Assembly: GCF_036321535.1 (NCBI RefSeq)
Contig: NC_087436.1
Coordinates: 9,548,001 to 9,612,000, forward strand
Origin: Camelus dromedarius
Lineage: Eukaryota
Reading direction: 5' to 3'
DNA length: 64,000 nt
Notes under the pieces: generated by a model
Database searches by the model: none
Seen by the model: only the letters and a program-made list of their open reading frames with translations
Told to the model about the DNA's origin: nothing
Position numbers and translations under genes: made by a program
Shown: piece after piece, positions 1 through 13,138 of the stretch
Position numbering within the stretch: position 1 is the stretch's first letter
How the letters are laid out: every line of letters starts with the position of its first letter

Positions 1-129
1 TAAGAAAATTAGACTCTTATGTATAATATATGTTGAAGTTATTTTACCCCATATTTTCATTTTTTTTTTTTACTTTGTAATGTTGGCTCTACATAAGGCT
101 CTTGTACCTCATGTAAATAATTTAACAGT

Positions 130-2110
130 CTTTGTGGTTTTTTTTTTTTAATTTCTTATGCACAGAAAAGTCTTCATTTTATGAGTTTTTAAAAATACTC
201 TATTTTTTCTATCTCTACATAAATGTGTAGTAATCTTTATTAGCTTTAGTTCTGGTTCCATTATTCAATTTTGTTTTTTCTGGCTATCTAACAGGTGTAT
301 TTTTGCACATAAACTTGTAATTAATTTGTCTCATTGTAAATTTGATATTGGAATCAATATCAGATTTACAGATTCATTACAGAATTGTATAGCTCTTCGG
401 TCCAAGAGTTTTCTAATCATTCGTTGCAATTAAGTATTATTTTATCGTATCCAATACAATAACATTTTTTAACCAAAATGTGTTGACACTATCTCCCTTA
501 CAATATTGAATAATGGTAGTAATAGCGGAGAATTTGGTCTAATTTATTATTTCAATGAGAATGTTAGTGGGGTTTTCAAGTTGATTTTAATACAGGTAAA
601 ATTTATACATTAAGAGTTTTTTTTAACTCAAGAATAAATTTTAAATTTTGTATCATAGGTTTCTCAAAATTGAACAGATTAAATAATTTTTCTCCTGTTC
701 TATTCATGTGAAGAACTGTAACAAACCTTTCCTTAATACTGAAGCATCGAGTTGCTGGCATAAACATCTTCATGGTATTATATGTAATTCATTTTAAAGC
801 CTAGCTGTTTAGGCTTATATTTTTCTCTAAGATTTTTACCAGTATTATTAAATGAGATTAGTTTATTTTTTCTAGTTGTGTATATGCAGTCTTGGTTGGA
901 TTTTGGTATAAATGTTATAAATCTACATAAAATAATTCTGAAGCATTTGTACATGTTCTGTGCTGTAGTACAATTTATTATTTTTTCAAAACTTTTATTG
1001 AAGAATTGTTTATGTATAATTTGGTAGCTTCAGGTGTACAGAAAAGTGATTCAGTTTTATATATATGTGTGTGTGTGTGTGCCTATATATATATAATGTA
1101 TTTTCAGATATTTTCCATTATAGCTTATCACAAGATATTGAATACAGTTTCCTGTGTTATACAGTAGGTCCTTGTTTATCTATTTTATATATAGTAGTGT
1201 GTATACGTTAATCCCGAAATCCTAATTTATCCCTTCCCACACCCCTTTCCCCTTTAGTAACCAAGTTTGTCTTCTATGTCTGTGAGTCTATTTCCAGTTT
1301 GTAAATAAATTCATTTGTATCCTTTTTTAAAGAGTCTACATGTAAGTGATGTAAAACATTGTATGTCTGACTGACTTCACTCACTATGATAATTTCTAGG
1401 TCCATCCATGTTGCTGCAAATGGCAGTATTTCATTCTTTTTTAGAGTTAAGTATTATTCCACTGTATATATACATATCTATACACACCGCATCTTCATTA
1501 TCCAGTCATCTGTTAATGGACAATTAGTTCGCTTCTGTCTAGGTTATTGTAACTAGTGCTCATCAAGTTACAGTCCAACTAACAGTGTAGGAGGGTTCCT
1601 TTTACTCCACATCCTTTCCAGCATTTATTGTTTGTGAACTTTTTAATGATGGCCATCCTGATTGGTGTGAGGTGATACCTCATTTTAGTTTTGATTTGCA
1701 TTTCTCTAATAATTAGTGATGTTGAGCATCGTTTCATGTGCCTGTTGGCCATCTGGATGTCTTCTTTGGAGAAATGTCTCTTTAGGTCTTCTACCCATTT
1801 TGGATTGAGTTGTTTTTTTGAGTATGCATATGAACTGTTTGTACATTTTGAAAATTAATCCCTTTGTGGTCTCATTGTTTGCAAATATTTTCTCCCATTC
1901 TGTAGGCTATGCTACAATTTAAACAACATTAGTCTTATGTTTCTTAAACTTCATAGGGATTTTTTCCTGAAAAACCATGCGGACTTAATGTTTTAGAAGC
2001 AGAGATTGTCATTCATTTTTTCTTTTTTCTCTAATAATAACTGGTATTCTTCAATTTATCCCTCATTTCTGGGCTCAACTCAGACAATTTATGTCTTTAG
2101 AAAATGACCT
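130..2110 (-). mobile_element. Old L1 (L1M/L1ME-type) ORF2 fragments, split by a younger L1
   Basis: Antisense L1 ORF2-like text (e.g. 501-580 aatattgaataatggtagtaatagcggag...aatgagaatgttagtg). Host sequence resumes after 1913 (aaacaacattag...aaaccatgcgg). Confidence 0.65.
978..1912 (-). mobile_element. 5'-truncated artiodactyl-type L1 3' end
   Basis: Typical antisense L1 3' UTR/ORF2 end (caggtgtacagaaaagtgattcag...ggtccatccatgttgctgcaaatggc...gagaaatgtct). TSD tacaattta at 969-977 and 1913-1921. Confidence 0.92.
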
Positions 2111-3361
2111 AGCTTTGTCTAAAAACTACAATAATTATTATTCACTACAAATTGTATGCAACCCTTTTGCATTTATAGAGGATTCCCTACACTTCCCCTT
2201 TCTTAGTAATCTGATGTTAGACATTTCTCCAATTTTCCTTCAAGTTATAATTTATGTTCCTGTTCCATTTTCCTTGATAATTATTATGACAGCTGAGAGG
2301 AAAAGGGGTAGATAATTCTTTACCATTTTAAGTCAGAAATAAAAACTAGAAAACTAGTTTTCATTTTAATAATGTAAAGACTATCTTGCAGGCTTGTCAT
2401 ACCTACAAAGTCAATCTTTATTTTTTTATTTGCACTACAGAGTTACTTATTTAGTAGAAACAGCAGTTATTTATTTTCGATAAAATATAATTTTTAAAGC
2501 ACAAACCACAAACAGAAAGATTATCAGAAACTTAACAGGTAAGGAATTTAATTTTAACCTTAGCAACATCTCTAAGGCATTTAAATTAAATTTGATCTCA
2601 ACATGGCATAAGTCCTTCTCTTTAATGATATAATTTAAGAAGAAAATAAAAAATTGACAAGGCTTGGATAATTTACAGTTAACAACATTCTACACTATGA
2701 AATTGATTTGCCTTAGCCAGGGGACTCCTTGCTCAGCATGTTTTAGAAGGTTGACCGCCCCCCACCCCACCCCCCAAAAAAGGCAAGAAACTTGAACTAA
2801 TGAGTATTTCTATACTAAATGTTTGGTGTCAAAAACCAGCACAGAGCTTTTTTCCTTATGATCTTCTCTTAAAAATATTCATCCCCCCACTTTTAGAAGA
2901 AATGGAGAAGGAGGAAGAGAAAGAAGAGGAATTTTCCAGTCAACTTTTTGTCCTCCACAGTAAGTATTTCAAAATGTGTCAGTTTCTTTAAGTCTTCAAA
3001 CCCTCACCTCTCCCTTCAGTGTCATTCAGTGAAAGGAATTTCTAGTACATTCACAATGGAAGAAGACCAATAGCTTCAAATGCACTATGAAATAGACCCC
3101 TTCTCCCTCCCTCAGGGAATGTTTGCCAGCCTGGAGAGATGCAAGGAAAGCCATCACGTCCAAGAACTCCCACTGGAACAAGACAGAGTTTGACTGCCAC
3201 GTGGAGGAGAGGTGACACAAACTAGCTTTGACTCTAGTCCCCTTGGTGTGAAGAAATGTTTGTCACTTGAGGTGGGAAATGGTGAGAAAGACATACCCTT
3301 GAGGCTCAGCTCCACAGGGCCTGCCTAAGCCTTTGATTAACCAGAAGAATTAAGAAACATC

Positions 3362-3510
3362 TCCTTAATGTACGGCACAGGGAATATAGCTGTTACTTTA
3401 TAATCACTTTATATGGAGGATAATCTGTAAAAAGATCAAATCACTATGTTGTACACCTGACCTGAAACTAATATAATATTGTAAACTAACTATACTTCAA
3501 TAAAACAACA
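3362..3510 (+). mobile_element. Short L1 3' end
   Basis: gcacagggaatatagc...atcactatgttgtacacctga...ctatacttcaataaaa. Confidence 0.85.
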
Positions 3511-3899
3511 ATGACCTAATTCTGAGTCATTTACTGAGTAAATGGAATAGGATTAAAATGGAAGAGAACCCCTCTTTATATTACAAACATGCAAAACCTG
3601 CCAAAAGGTGAAGGGGAAAGAACACTGAGGAATCCTCATCCTGGGCTTCACATGAAGCCCGAGGAATGTGAACCGTGTTGTACACTGAAGGTAGTGATAT
3701 GAAAAGCAAAACCCTAAACCAGTTCAGCCACTGACTAGTTTGATTCAACCCCTTTGTTAGAAGTCTGATAGAAGATACAGTATGACCATTTCCAAGCAAA
3801 AATATAATATACATAAGTTTTTGGTCTTTTTTCTTGCACACAGTGTTCAAGATTCAATTAGAAATGGCAGTATTTGTAAAAAAGCAAAATGAAAAAAAA

Positions 3900-5430
3900 G
3901 ATTCAGATTCATGATAAAAAAACAAAATAGTTTCAGACCCAGAGATATACACAATGCTGAAACTATAAGACCCGTGACTTTAAAATAACTATAGTTACTA
4001 TGTTAAATTTTTAGTGAAAAAGGTAAGCAGCAAGCATGAGCGGATGGGGAATTTTAGCAGTTAGATGGAATCCACAGAAAGAAGTCAAATAAAAATGTTA
4101 GAAATTCAAAACATGATATTAGAAATGAAAAATGCCTTAATGAGTTTATCAACAGGATGAACACATCAGAGGAAATAATCCGCAAATGTATAGGTGGGTA
4201 AATATGTAGAGTACCCAAAATGAAATAAAACACATAATGCAAACAGATAGAACAGACCATTCAAGTGCTGTAGGAAGGTATCAAACCGTCTAACACATGT
4301 GTAACTGGAGTTCAGGAAGGAGAAAAGAAAGAACGGATCAGAAGAATTATTTGAGTAGAAAGTAGCCAAAAATTTGCAAAATTAATGAAAGCCCACAAAC
4401 CTATTTAAAAGCCAGAGCACTACAATCAAGCTAAATACAAAGAAATATTCACCTAACTAAGCACATGATGGTCAAGGTGTTGAAAATCAAAATTTAAGAG
4501 ATAATCTTGCAGACAGCAGAGAACCAAGAAATTTTACGTACAGAGAAACAAAGAGAGAACCACAGCAAACTGCTTGCCAGAAACTGTGTGAGCAGGAAGA
4601 AAATACCATTATCTTTAAGGTACAAGGGGAAGGAAGTCATCTTGGAATTCTTTTTTTTTTTTTTTTTTTTTTTGTAATTGAAGTACAGTCAATTACAATG
4701 TGTCAATCTCTGGTGTACAGCCCAATGTCCCAGTCATGCATATACATACATACATTCATTTTCATATTTTCCATTAAAGATTATTACAAGATAATTGAAC
4801 ATAGCTCCCTGTGCTATAAAAACTAAACTTTTTAAATCTATTATTATATATAGTGGAGACATTTGGGAGTTTGACCTCTTGGAATTCTTAAGCTAGAAAA
4901 AAGCTCTTTCAAAAACTCCAGACAAAATGAAGACTTTTTCAGAAAACAAACTAGGAGAGTTCATTTCCAGCACACTTGTACTAGGAGAAATGTTGAAGAA
5001 GTTATTCGGGCAGAAGGAATATGAAACCAGAGGAAAATGTGTAACTACAGAAAGGAATAAATAAACACCAGAGATCATAAAAACCGGGATACGTATAAAT
5101 GTTCTGATTTAAAATTTTTGAATAATAATAAATTGACTAAACAAATAGTAAAAGATATATTCTGAGGTTGATAACGCATAAAGAACTAAAATGTATGACA
5201 ATAGTACAAAAGGACTTGAGGGAGAAAATGAAAGTCTATTGTTGTAAGTTTGTTTGACTATATGAGGAATGGTATAGTATTATTTGGAAGGAGACAATAA
5301 TAAGTTAAATTTACAGTATTCATAGCTTGGAGCAACCCCTAAAAAACAATTAGCTAAAGCCAATAAGGGAGAAAAATATATAATCATAAGACATGCCCAA
5401 TCCAAAGGAAGACAGGAAAAATACAAATAT
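3900..5430 (+). mobile_element. Old L1 (L1MC/L1ME-like) ORF1 and inter-ORF remnant
   Basis: A-rich ORF1-like text (gaaatgaaaaatgccttaatgagtttatcaacagg...; gactttttcagaaaacaaactaggagagttcatttccagc) followed by inter-ORF spacer-like sequence. No open frame. Confidence 0.75.
4653..4876 (-). mobile_element. Young L1 3' end (camelid-type) with long poly(T) and probable 5' inversion
   Basis: Perfect 13-bp TSD tcttggaattctt at 4640-4652 and 4877-4889; uninterrupted T run of over 20 nt; antisense match to the plus-strand copy at 30197-30420. Confidence 0.95.
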
Positions 5431-5589
5431 GACATATAATGATGCTAGATATTTCTCTCCAAATGTGTATACAATGGGCTGTGTGCATATGAAAGAGAAA
5501 ATAGATGAATGTTTGCCTTAGCATCATTATTAGCAGCAATTCTAGGAAAAAGTGAATATATGAGAGACAGGCAGAGTGATTATGAGCAC

Positions 5590-5800
5590 AATCTTAAAGT
5601 GTCAGGAAAACTTGTGGTCAAGTCCAATTCTGCCTCTTCTGAAGTGTGTAATAATTTGTCAATTTCTTAGTAACTCTTACCCTCTGTCTTCTTTTTATAT
5701 GAGAGGACTTTTAATCTCCATCTCGAAATTGTGTAATTTTTTTTTACAAATGCAGCATATCTCCTACTCCATGTTATTTCTATAAATCCTATGTGTTATT
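5590..5800 (+). mobile_element. MIR fragment
   Basis: Degenerate MIR core (aattctgcctcttctgaagtgtgtaataatttgtcaatttcttagtaactct). Confidence 0.5.
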
Positions 5801-6503
5801 ATTATACTATAGATATTGAGTGTCAGAAGCTGGAAATCCTTGACATTTGTTCTGTAATTACACACTTACCCCTCTTCAACATGTTTGCCTCCACCAGACC
5901 CTCAAATGTGTACATTTAAGTGACAGCATTTTGAAATACGTTTGGTTACCATAGCCATATTGTAGTGTGTTTTGGCTAAAGTCTTGTTACTGCCCAACCA
6001 ATAGCAGGATAAATATATAGTGGGAAATTATTCATAATGGTATAAATATCTTGTTGCCTCATTATTTACCCATTACAGACATCAAAGGAAATGTTCCTTC
6101 GAGCTCAGACAGGACCTCTCAACAAGGGAAAAGCTTGATGTGGCGAAAAAAAAAAAAAAATCAGAGTCTTAATCTCAGAAAGCAAATGTAGAAAATCTTT
6201 TTTTTTCTTTATTTTCCCCAAATACTGAATTAAAGCTACCAAGAAGATATACAGATTTTAATAAACAAAACTTTACATTTATTGATTTGTAATGGAGAGG
6301 AAAGCTGCAACTTTCAAGTGACTGGAATACAACTTTTTTCAGACTACATTCTTTCCATTCTCCAAATTTCCAACAGAATATAAAAACCGAAGCAAAGAAT
6401 GGGCTTTGATTTTACTTGAGCCCATTATTACAACAAATATAGTTAATATATCATGAGTGATGCTTAATTCAACTATTGCAAAAAGATAAAACATCCCTGC
6501 CCT

Positions 6504-6993
6504 CTGTGATAGATCCCCAAAGATATCCGGGACCTAAACCCTGAAAAATCTGTGAATGTTATTTTATAGGACCAAAGGAATTTTGCAGATGGTATTAAAT
6601 TAGGATCTTGAAATGGGTAGATTATCCTGGGTTACTGCATGGGCCCACTGCATATAATCTTTAAAAGAGGGGTTGACACAGCAGAAGATCATGCAACAAC
6701 CTCAGTGGACAGGGATCTGGAGAGTTTACTCTGCTGGCTTGAGGATGAAGGAAAAGATGGAGCCCAGGACGACAGCTCTACAAACTGGAAAGGACAAGGA
6801 CACTGATTGTCCCCTTAGACCCTCCGGAGGCAGCGTGATGTCAGTCCGGTGAAACCGATTTCAGACCTCCCATCTCCAGAGCTGTAAGTTACTAAAAGTG
6901 TGTTTAAGATAAAAAATATGTATATAAGATAATAACTGGGTGTTAACACTAAGCTTGTAGCAATTTGTTACAGCAGTGATAGAAAAACAATGT
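6504..6993 (+). mobile_element. MLT1 (ERVL-MaLR) solo LTR, MLT1C/D-like
   Basis: ccccaaagatatcc...tttgcagatggtattaaattaggatcttgaaatgggtagattatcctggg...ttgttacagcagtgatagaaaa. Confidence 0.85.
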
Positions 6994-9069
6994 GCCCCCC
7001 GTCCTTCCTCCAAATAAATGACAAATAAAATTCTTATTCCTATGAGAGTAAGTGTGCCTCCCCTGAGGACAAAGCTGGAAATATAGTCACAGAAATTTTA
7101 ATTGAGGGGAGTTTCTCTTCTAAAGTGCATGTTTGTTGCATCTATTACTAACCAGATCTGCCTTAACAATTTTTGATAGAATTACTATTTATGGAGAATG
7201 CATTCTCCATGTCCTTGGCAGTGTATAACTCTAATTTGCAAAATATCTCTGAAAGATATTAGTTTGTAGGACGGTTGAGTCTATCCAATTTGTGTAATAA
7301 CTTGGAAGTTTTATTTTCAGGAAGAAATCACCTGTTTCCAATGTGGTCCAAAGTTGGGGAGAGGCGACAAATCTACTGTGCTTCCTAAGCATGAAAATGA
7401 TTGCATTTGCATTTTTACATTTTCCAAGTATTTCATAGTAGTAAACTGAATTAATTTTTTGACCATGTAAAATGCCCATGACAACCAATATTATTATAAC
7501 TAAAAAAAAACTCATTAATACAGAGGAATGTGTTGTATGTGTCAAGAACCTAAATCTCTATCAGTTACTAGTTACTTTGTTACACACCATGCAGTGCATC
7601 ACAACCTGAATTTTATGCCTCAGCATTACATAATGATTTGGAGTGGCAAGATCAGCTTATACTACCAACCCGATATGATGGCACAGGTAGGCACTAGGAT
7701 ATAACTCTGAAGCTAAAGGGTCAATTTATCTTGTGTTAACAGGAGCTACTGTTTTTTTTTTTAATGCCAGATACAAAGCATGTATGACATAGACAGTGCT
7801 CCAACATTTATTTTCCATTTTTAAAATTATAAAAATGAAACATTGAAAGGGATTCATAAATTGTCTTCAGAAATTTGAAATTAAGTATATAACCTTCAAA
7901 ATATACTACTCCTATTATATGACAGCAAGAAACCATACCCAATAGTATTTATTAAATCAAGCTGTGTCATACTTTAAAAAAATCTCCACTTAGGTGGAAA
8001 ATGAGCATTAAAATGCATACTGAAGTTAAGTACACAATAAAATTTAAGATGAGTTTGGAGATTAACTGTCAAGAAATAACAGTGGACAAAGTCAAGTGAT
8101 TGTGTTATTATATATGAAACTGACTGGTTTTGCATTTCAAATAACTACCGTGATGAAATCAATGTTAACTTAAACATGGTTTTAAAGAGTGAGTCAGTAG
8201 CAATGAAAAAAACATTTAGTTATGCATATTAACTAGCCATCTGGATATTATGGTTGAAAACAGACCTTTTATTCTCTAACAACAACAACATAATGATCAC
8301 AAAATATGGCTTGGTCTAATTGCTTTTGACTGATAAAATTGCTATGATGTCCATATTATGATCGTAAACTTGCATTGAATTAAAATATGAGAAACTGTGG
8401 ATGAAATAGTATTAAACATTTGGTGAGAATAAAAAATTATGAAACCAATTTTCAGTGTGTATTCATGTCAAGATTTTAATAATACCAATCTCAATGCCAA
8501 TAACTCATTTTATGAGTCAGAGTGAAACTAGTGCCTGTTCACCTGCATTATTATACCTAATGTTTACTACTTGCACAATGTAAACAGTCTCTTTAGGTTA
8601 AGCTATTTTCCCAAATATTTGACAGAGTTGTAATTCAATTTGAATATCTGACGCAAAATCTCATTTCTTTGCCTTGTAGCAAATGCCTCTATATTTATCT
8701 CTTAACTTTGTTTTTACTCTTTACTCTGCTGTGTGTTTAAATAAGGGTGAATTTATGTGTTCATGAAAATTATACATATCACTCCCCTTACCTCTAAAAT
8801 GGAAAATGTGGGCTATTATAATATTTAATGAAAATTAATGTTTATCAAGCTTATCAAACAAAGCCCTTTTTCCTTCTTGGGATTCTTAATCTAGTTTGCC
8901 AAAAGTATGAGTGTGCAATGTTGGTAGGGGTTTGTGAGAAAGCAGGGAAGAGACACAACAAAGTGCAAATGATATAATTTGTATTCATATTAGGAATAAA
9001 GTGCTATTCATTCACAGTAGGAAAAATATTAAGTTAGAAGGAGTTGAAAAGTATTTTTATATGAGACAG

Positions 9070-9420
9070 TGCAGTAGTTATCTGCTGTATTTCCTCCCAC
9101 CATTCATTCTATCCTCTCCTGCTAACAATTCTCAGGACAAACACAGTCTAGATCCTCTGAGTGAGGTACATGGTTAGCACTGAACACTATGGCATGTTCC
9201 TCTGCCAGAGTGGTGTTGCATACATGATCCAATTAAAGGCAGACGCATTAAGTTGTCATGGTACGTTTGGAGACATGTTAGACGAGAAACACTGTCACTT
9301 TTGTTAGACTTGACATGGAAGATAGCAAGCCCCTCTTTTTCCCCAACATGGTGCCTAAAAATGAAACTAACTTGGAGAGCATCACCGCCATATGGAGCTG
9401 CAAAATGGAAGAACTCACAA
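9070..9420 (+). mobile_element. Old MLT1 (J/K/L-like) LTR fragment
   Basis: tgcagtagttatctgctg...cattcattctatcctctcctgctaac...catgatccaatt resembles old MLT1 5' halves; heavily diverged. Confidence 0.45.
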
Positions 9421-9804
9421 TATAAATAAAATTTCTAGAAAACACTTTTCTCGGTTTCAGAATCAGATGAAGCAAGCAAAAAGAAATCCAGCCAACTGGG
9501 AAGTTGACTAAAGTAAGTATAGAAAAGATGACGTAGAAAGAATGAACGTCTCCTTATGTGAGCAGGAATATTAATAGCCAAGCAGGGAAATGAATGGTGT
9601 CTCAAAATTGCAAATATACTATGGACATTAGAAACCTGTGTATGATTAGGACTACTGAGATTATAGATCTATGTTTACAGTTACCATGATAACGACAAAG
9701 GTAGCATTATAAACACAGTAAAGTTCATTAATAAATTAGCAGCAGTAAAAGAACCAAGGACTCTGTTCAACAACATCGTAACAGATGTTCCATGGTGGCC
9801 TTAC

Positions 9805-9836
9805 TTATCATCTTTATCTTATCTTATCTTATCTTA
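9805..9836. repeat. (TTATC)n pentanucleotide microsatellite
   Basis: ttatcatctttatcttatcttatcttatctta. Confidence 0.9.
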
Positions 9837-10454
9837 GTCTTTCATGTGAAAGAAAATATGAATAAACATCAACCTGAAATTTCCTTTGGCACCATATCCA
9901 GCGGACTGTGCCATAGATAAATTTATTGTGGCAGTGTATTTCTCCACCAATGAAGATCTCAAATTTCAAAGAGAAAGAGGATGATGATTACACTAGTCAG
10001 CCTTCACTTCCATGAACGGAAAGCATTGACATTCTAAGCACAAATGTGTTTGAAATAGGAAATTAGAAACTTGAGGATAGGCTTTAGAGAAGTAACCCCC
10101 ACCGAGAGAAGACATGAGAAATTTTGTACCATGTGTTGATGCTTACTAGAGAACAAGAACTGTATCCACTTAGCTAAGTGGATAAACTAGCTCAGTCAGA
10201 AAATGTTGGTTGGCTTCTAGTCTCAGCCAATGTAGGACTTGTAGAATGGGGTCATATATGGGGTGGATGGGGTGGGCAGAGGCGGAGGGTACACACAGAC
10301 CCAACCGCAGGTTCCCTCTCATTGGAACTGATCTAGCTATTGTGCAATAGAGTGAAACACAATAAAACAAGGTACACCTGTATGTCTATATCTGTCTGAC
10401 TTATTCCCCAGCGCCATTTTTTTTTCCTCTGGTTAGGACTTTCACTTCTCTGTG

Positions 10455-10580
10455 GAAATGAAATGGCATGAGTGGGCATTTGTGTCTTGTTGCTGATTTT
10501 AGAGGAAATGTTTTCAGCTTTTCACCAGTGAGTATAACATTAGCTATAGCTTGTCATATATAATTTTTATTATATCATGT
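10455..10580 (-). mobile_element. L1 ORF2 fragment
   Basis: gagtgggcatttgtgtcttgttgctgattttagaggaaatgttttcagcttttcaccagtgagtat. Confidence 0.75.
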
Positions 10581-11305
10581 TGCTCACTGGATATTTGAGT
10601 TTTAGAAGTTGCATATACTCATTTACTGGATAGCATGGAATGCTGCTAGTTTTGAGTGGAGCCCAGAGCAATTACTGATGTTCTGACAAATATTAAACAC
10701 TTCCTGTGAACTTATATTCTGGGCTTTGCCTCCATCACCAGCTAGCTAGTTCTTACGCATAGGTAGTTCTCAATTTAAATAAACTATTTCATTGCATTAG
10801 ATTTAAGCTTAAACTTATCTCATTGATTTAGCGATCCAAAGAAATTTATGTATTTGTGACCAAGTGGAATTCAACTTTTTTCTTATGTACATACATATCA
10901 TTATACTTAAACTATGAAGTGTTTTAAATATTCCAATTTGATTTTCAAAGACTCGAGGAAGACTTCTGTAAATATTATAGCTACATTCTTCAAAAGGTGA
11001 ATGGTTTTAGTTTGAAATATTCAGTATATTGTAACGTGCGACTTGTTACTAATCTAAACACGCTTTTCTTTTTATTTGACTGTGGAACATAGTCTCTTCT
11101 TACATAGTCTGCATCAAATTTCGACATAAAATATATAAATAAAGCTTGTTTCATTTAAATTTTATTTATTTCACCATATCAATTAAATATCAGATAGGAA
11201 TATTAACAGTAGCTATTTTTGTGAAAATAAATTAATAGCTTAATTCATATTGCCATGTGATGTTCCAGAGTTAAGGAAGCTAAAATATGAAGTATAAAGA
11301 AATAT

Positions 11306-11495
11306 TTTTGCATATATATATATATATATTTATTGAAGTATAGGCAGTTTACAATATTGTGTCAATTTCTGGTGCACAGCACAACGCTTCAGTCATACAT
11401 GAACATATATATATTTGTCTCAGATTCTTTTTCACCATGTTACTTCAAGATATTGAATATAGTTCCCTGTGCTATACAGTATGAACTTGCTGTTT
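11306..11495 (-). mobile_element. Short young L1 3' end with (AT)n-converted tail
   Basis: TSD taaagaaatat at 11295-11305 and 11496-11506; body tattgaagtataggcagtttacaat...gttccctgtgctatacag. Confidence 0.92.
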
Positions 11496-11665
11496 TAAAG
11501 AAATATAATACAACTTAAGTATAGAAAAACATAGATGGACTATTGTTATTATTCCTTGAACTAAAATATTAAGATTTAAAGACACATTTAGTTGTTTTAG
11601 AAAGGAAGGTATTTCTAAGATCACACTAAAAAACCGTAAGGAGTATTTGAAAATATTTAAACTTT

Positions 11666-13138
11666 GACTTCCGTTTTCAGTTTCACCAGGTAAAGAACTT
11701 GGAACTTGTCACTCTTGTTCCTACAACAACTTAAAAGAAAGGTGAACAAACTAGATGTTTGATGACTATTCTTGGATCCATCAAATAATTTAAGGTTTCA
11801 GGGCAAACTACATCCTGAAATCTTGAGAGACAGGCACATTCAGAAACAGAAAGTCGCCACGATTTACTTAACGATAACTGAAGTCCCTGCACTGCAGAAA
11901 CTGGGCGCAACGCTGAAATGGTCTTTTGACAAATTACTGAGTGCAGACTCGCATAGGAGTGAGGCACCCCTGGGGATCGCAGACTTACATGGGGCCACAG
12001 GCTCTTACTGGCTTTCATTCCGGAAACCAACCAAGTTCTTCCTGGAGGGAGGTAAGAGAGACCCCCTTATTGCCATGGCCAGGGAGGAGGGGGGAAGGAG
12101 ACATCCTGAAACCTTTCTAGCTTCTTCTCCCTAAAAAAGAGATCTTGCAGACAGAGCAAAAGAATTCACCAAGGGAAATTCTGAAAGGACATTGCATATG
12201 AGCAAAGGGAATTCTGCTCTACTCCGGCACATTCCAGCCTTCCTGTTTCATGGAAGAGGGAAAAAAATAAAATAAAATATAGTCATGAGGACAGGAATTC
12301 AGGAAACAGATTAGAAACACTATAGCCAAGGAAGGAGAAAACTGTACTCTTGGAGGAAAGATGGAAATAATGGTGATAGCCACAGTCCTGGTCCACAGCC
12401 CACTACATCACTGAGACTTACTCAGAATTATTGAATATTCCCAACTTCCAGGGCCTACCACCATCTCAGCAAGCTTCCAGTACAATGACAGTGAATTACA
12501 GCAGAAAAAGCTGCAAGACACAGACTCTTCTCGAGAAGCAGTACAAAGAGGAGTAGCAAAGCCAAGAAGAGAGATTAAAACAAAGATCCGAGAAGAACTT
12601 TAAGCCTCTAGCATCTGTTGCTGTAGCATTCATTAAAAACAGAACAACTCCCAGCCGGATTAACAAAATTACTTACATCCGTGCCTTATTTATCTCCCCA
12701 TTAGCCAATTCATCATGTCCAGCTTCCAACACAAAAGAGTGCAAGGCATTGCAAGTGCAAAGAAAAAAAAATGTCTGAAGAGATAAAGCAAGCATCAGAA
12801 AGACCTTGAAGGGGAGGGTAGAGCTCAGTGGTAGAGCGCATGCTTAGCATGCACTGGGCTTAGTCCCTGGTACCTCCATTAAAAATAAATAAATAAACCT
12901 AATTACCTCCCCCATCCCCAAAACAAAACAATCAGAAATTTTTTTAAAAAAGAAGTTTTAAAAAAAGAGAGAAAGATTTAGATATAACACAGATGTAGTA
13001 ATTACCAAAGGTAATTCAAAATAACTATGACCAATATGTTAAGGATATAATGGGAAAAGTGCACAAAAGGCAAAAATAGATGGGTTATATAAACAGAGAA
13101 ATATAGCAACAGGGATAAATCAAAAAGAAATGAAAGTA
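11666..13138 (+). mobile_element. Old L1 (L1MC/L1MD-like) 5' end into ORF1 start
   Basis: 5' end gacttccgttttcag...aaagaacttggaacttgtcactc...ttcttggatccatca...cagggcaaact; homologous to 15757 onward; ORF1-start motif tctgaagagataaagcaagcatcagaa. Confidence 0.75.
12811..12969 (+). mobile_element. vic-1-type camelid tRNA-Ala-derived SINE (small internal deletion)
   Basis: ggggagggtagagctcagtggtagagcgcatgcttagcatgcac...tacctccattaaaaataaataaataaacctaattacctcccc plus A-rich tail; degenerate TSD agaaagaccttga / agaaagatttaga. Confidence 0.9.

Noticed and set aside
2420..2970. Exon 2440-2538 and a recursive-splice-like site near 2960
   Set aside because: All frames of the exon are closed, and ccacagtaagt shares a single G so it is not an AG|GT junction.
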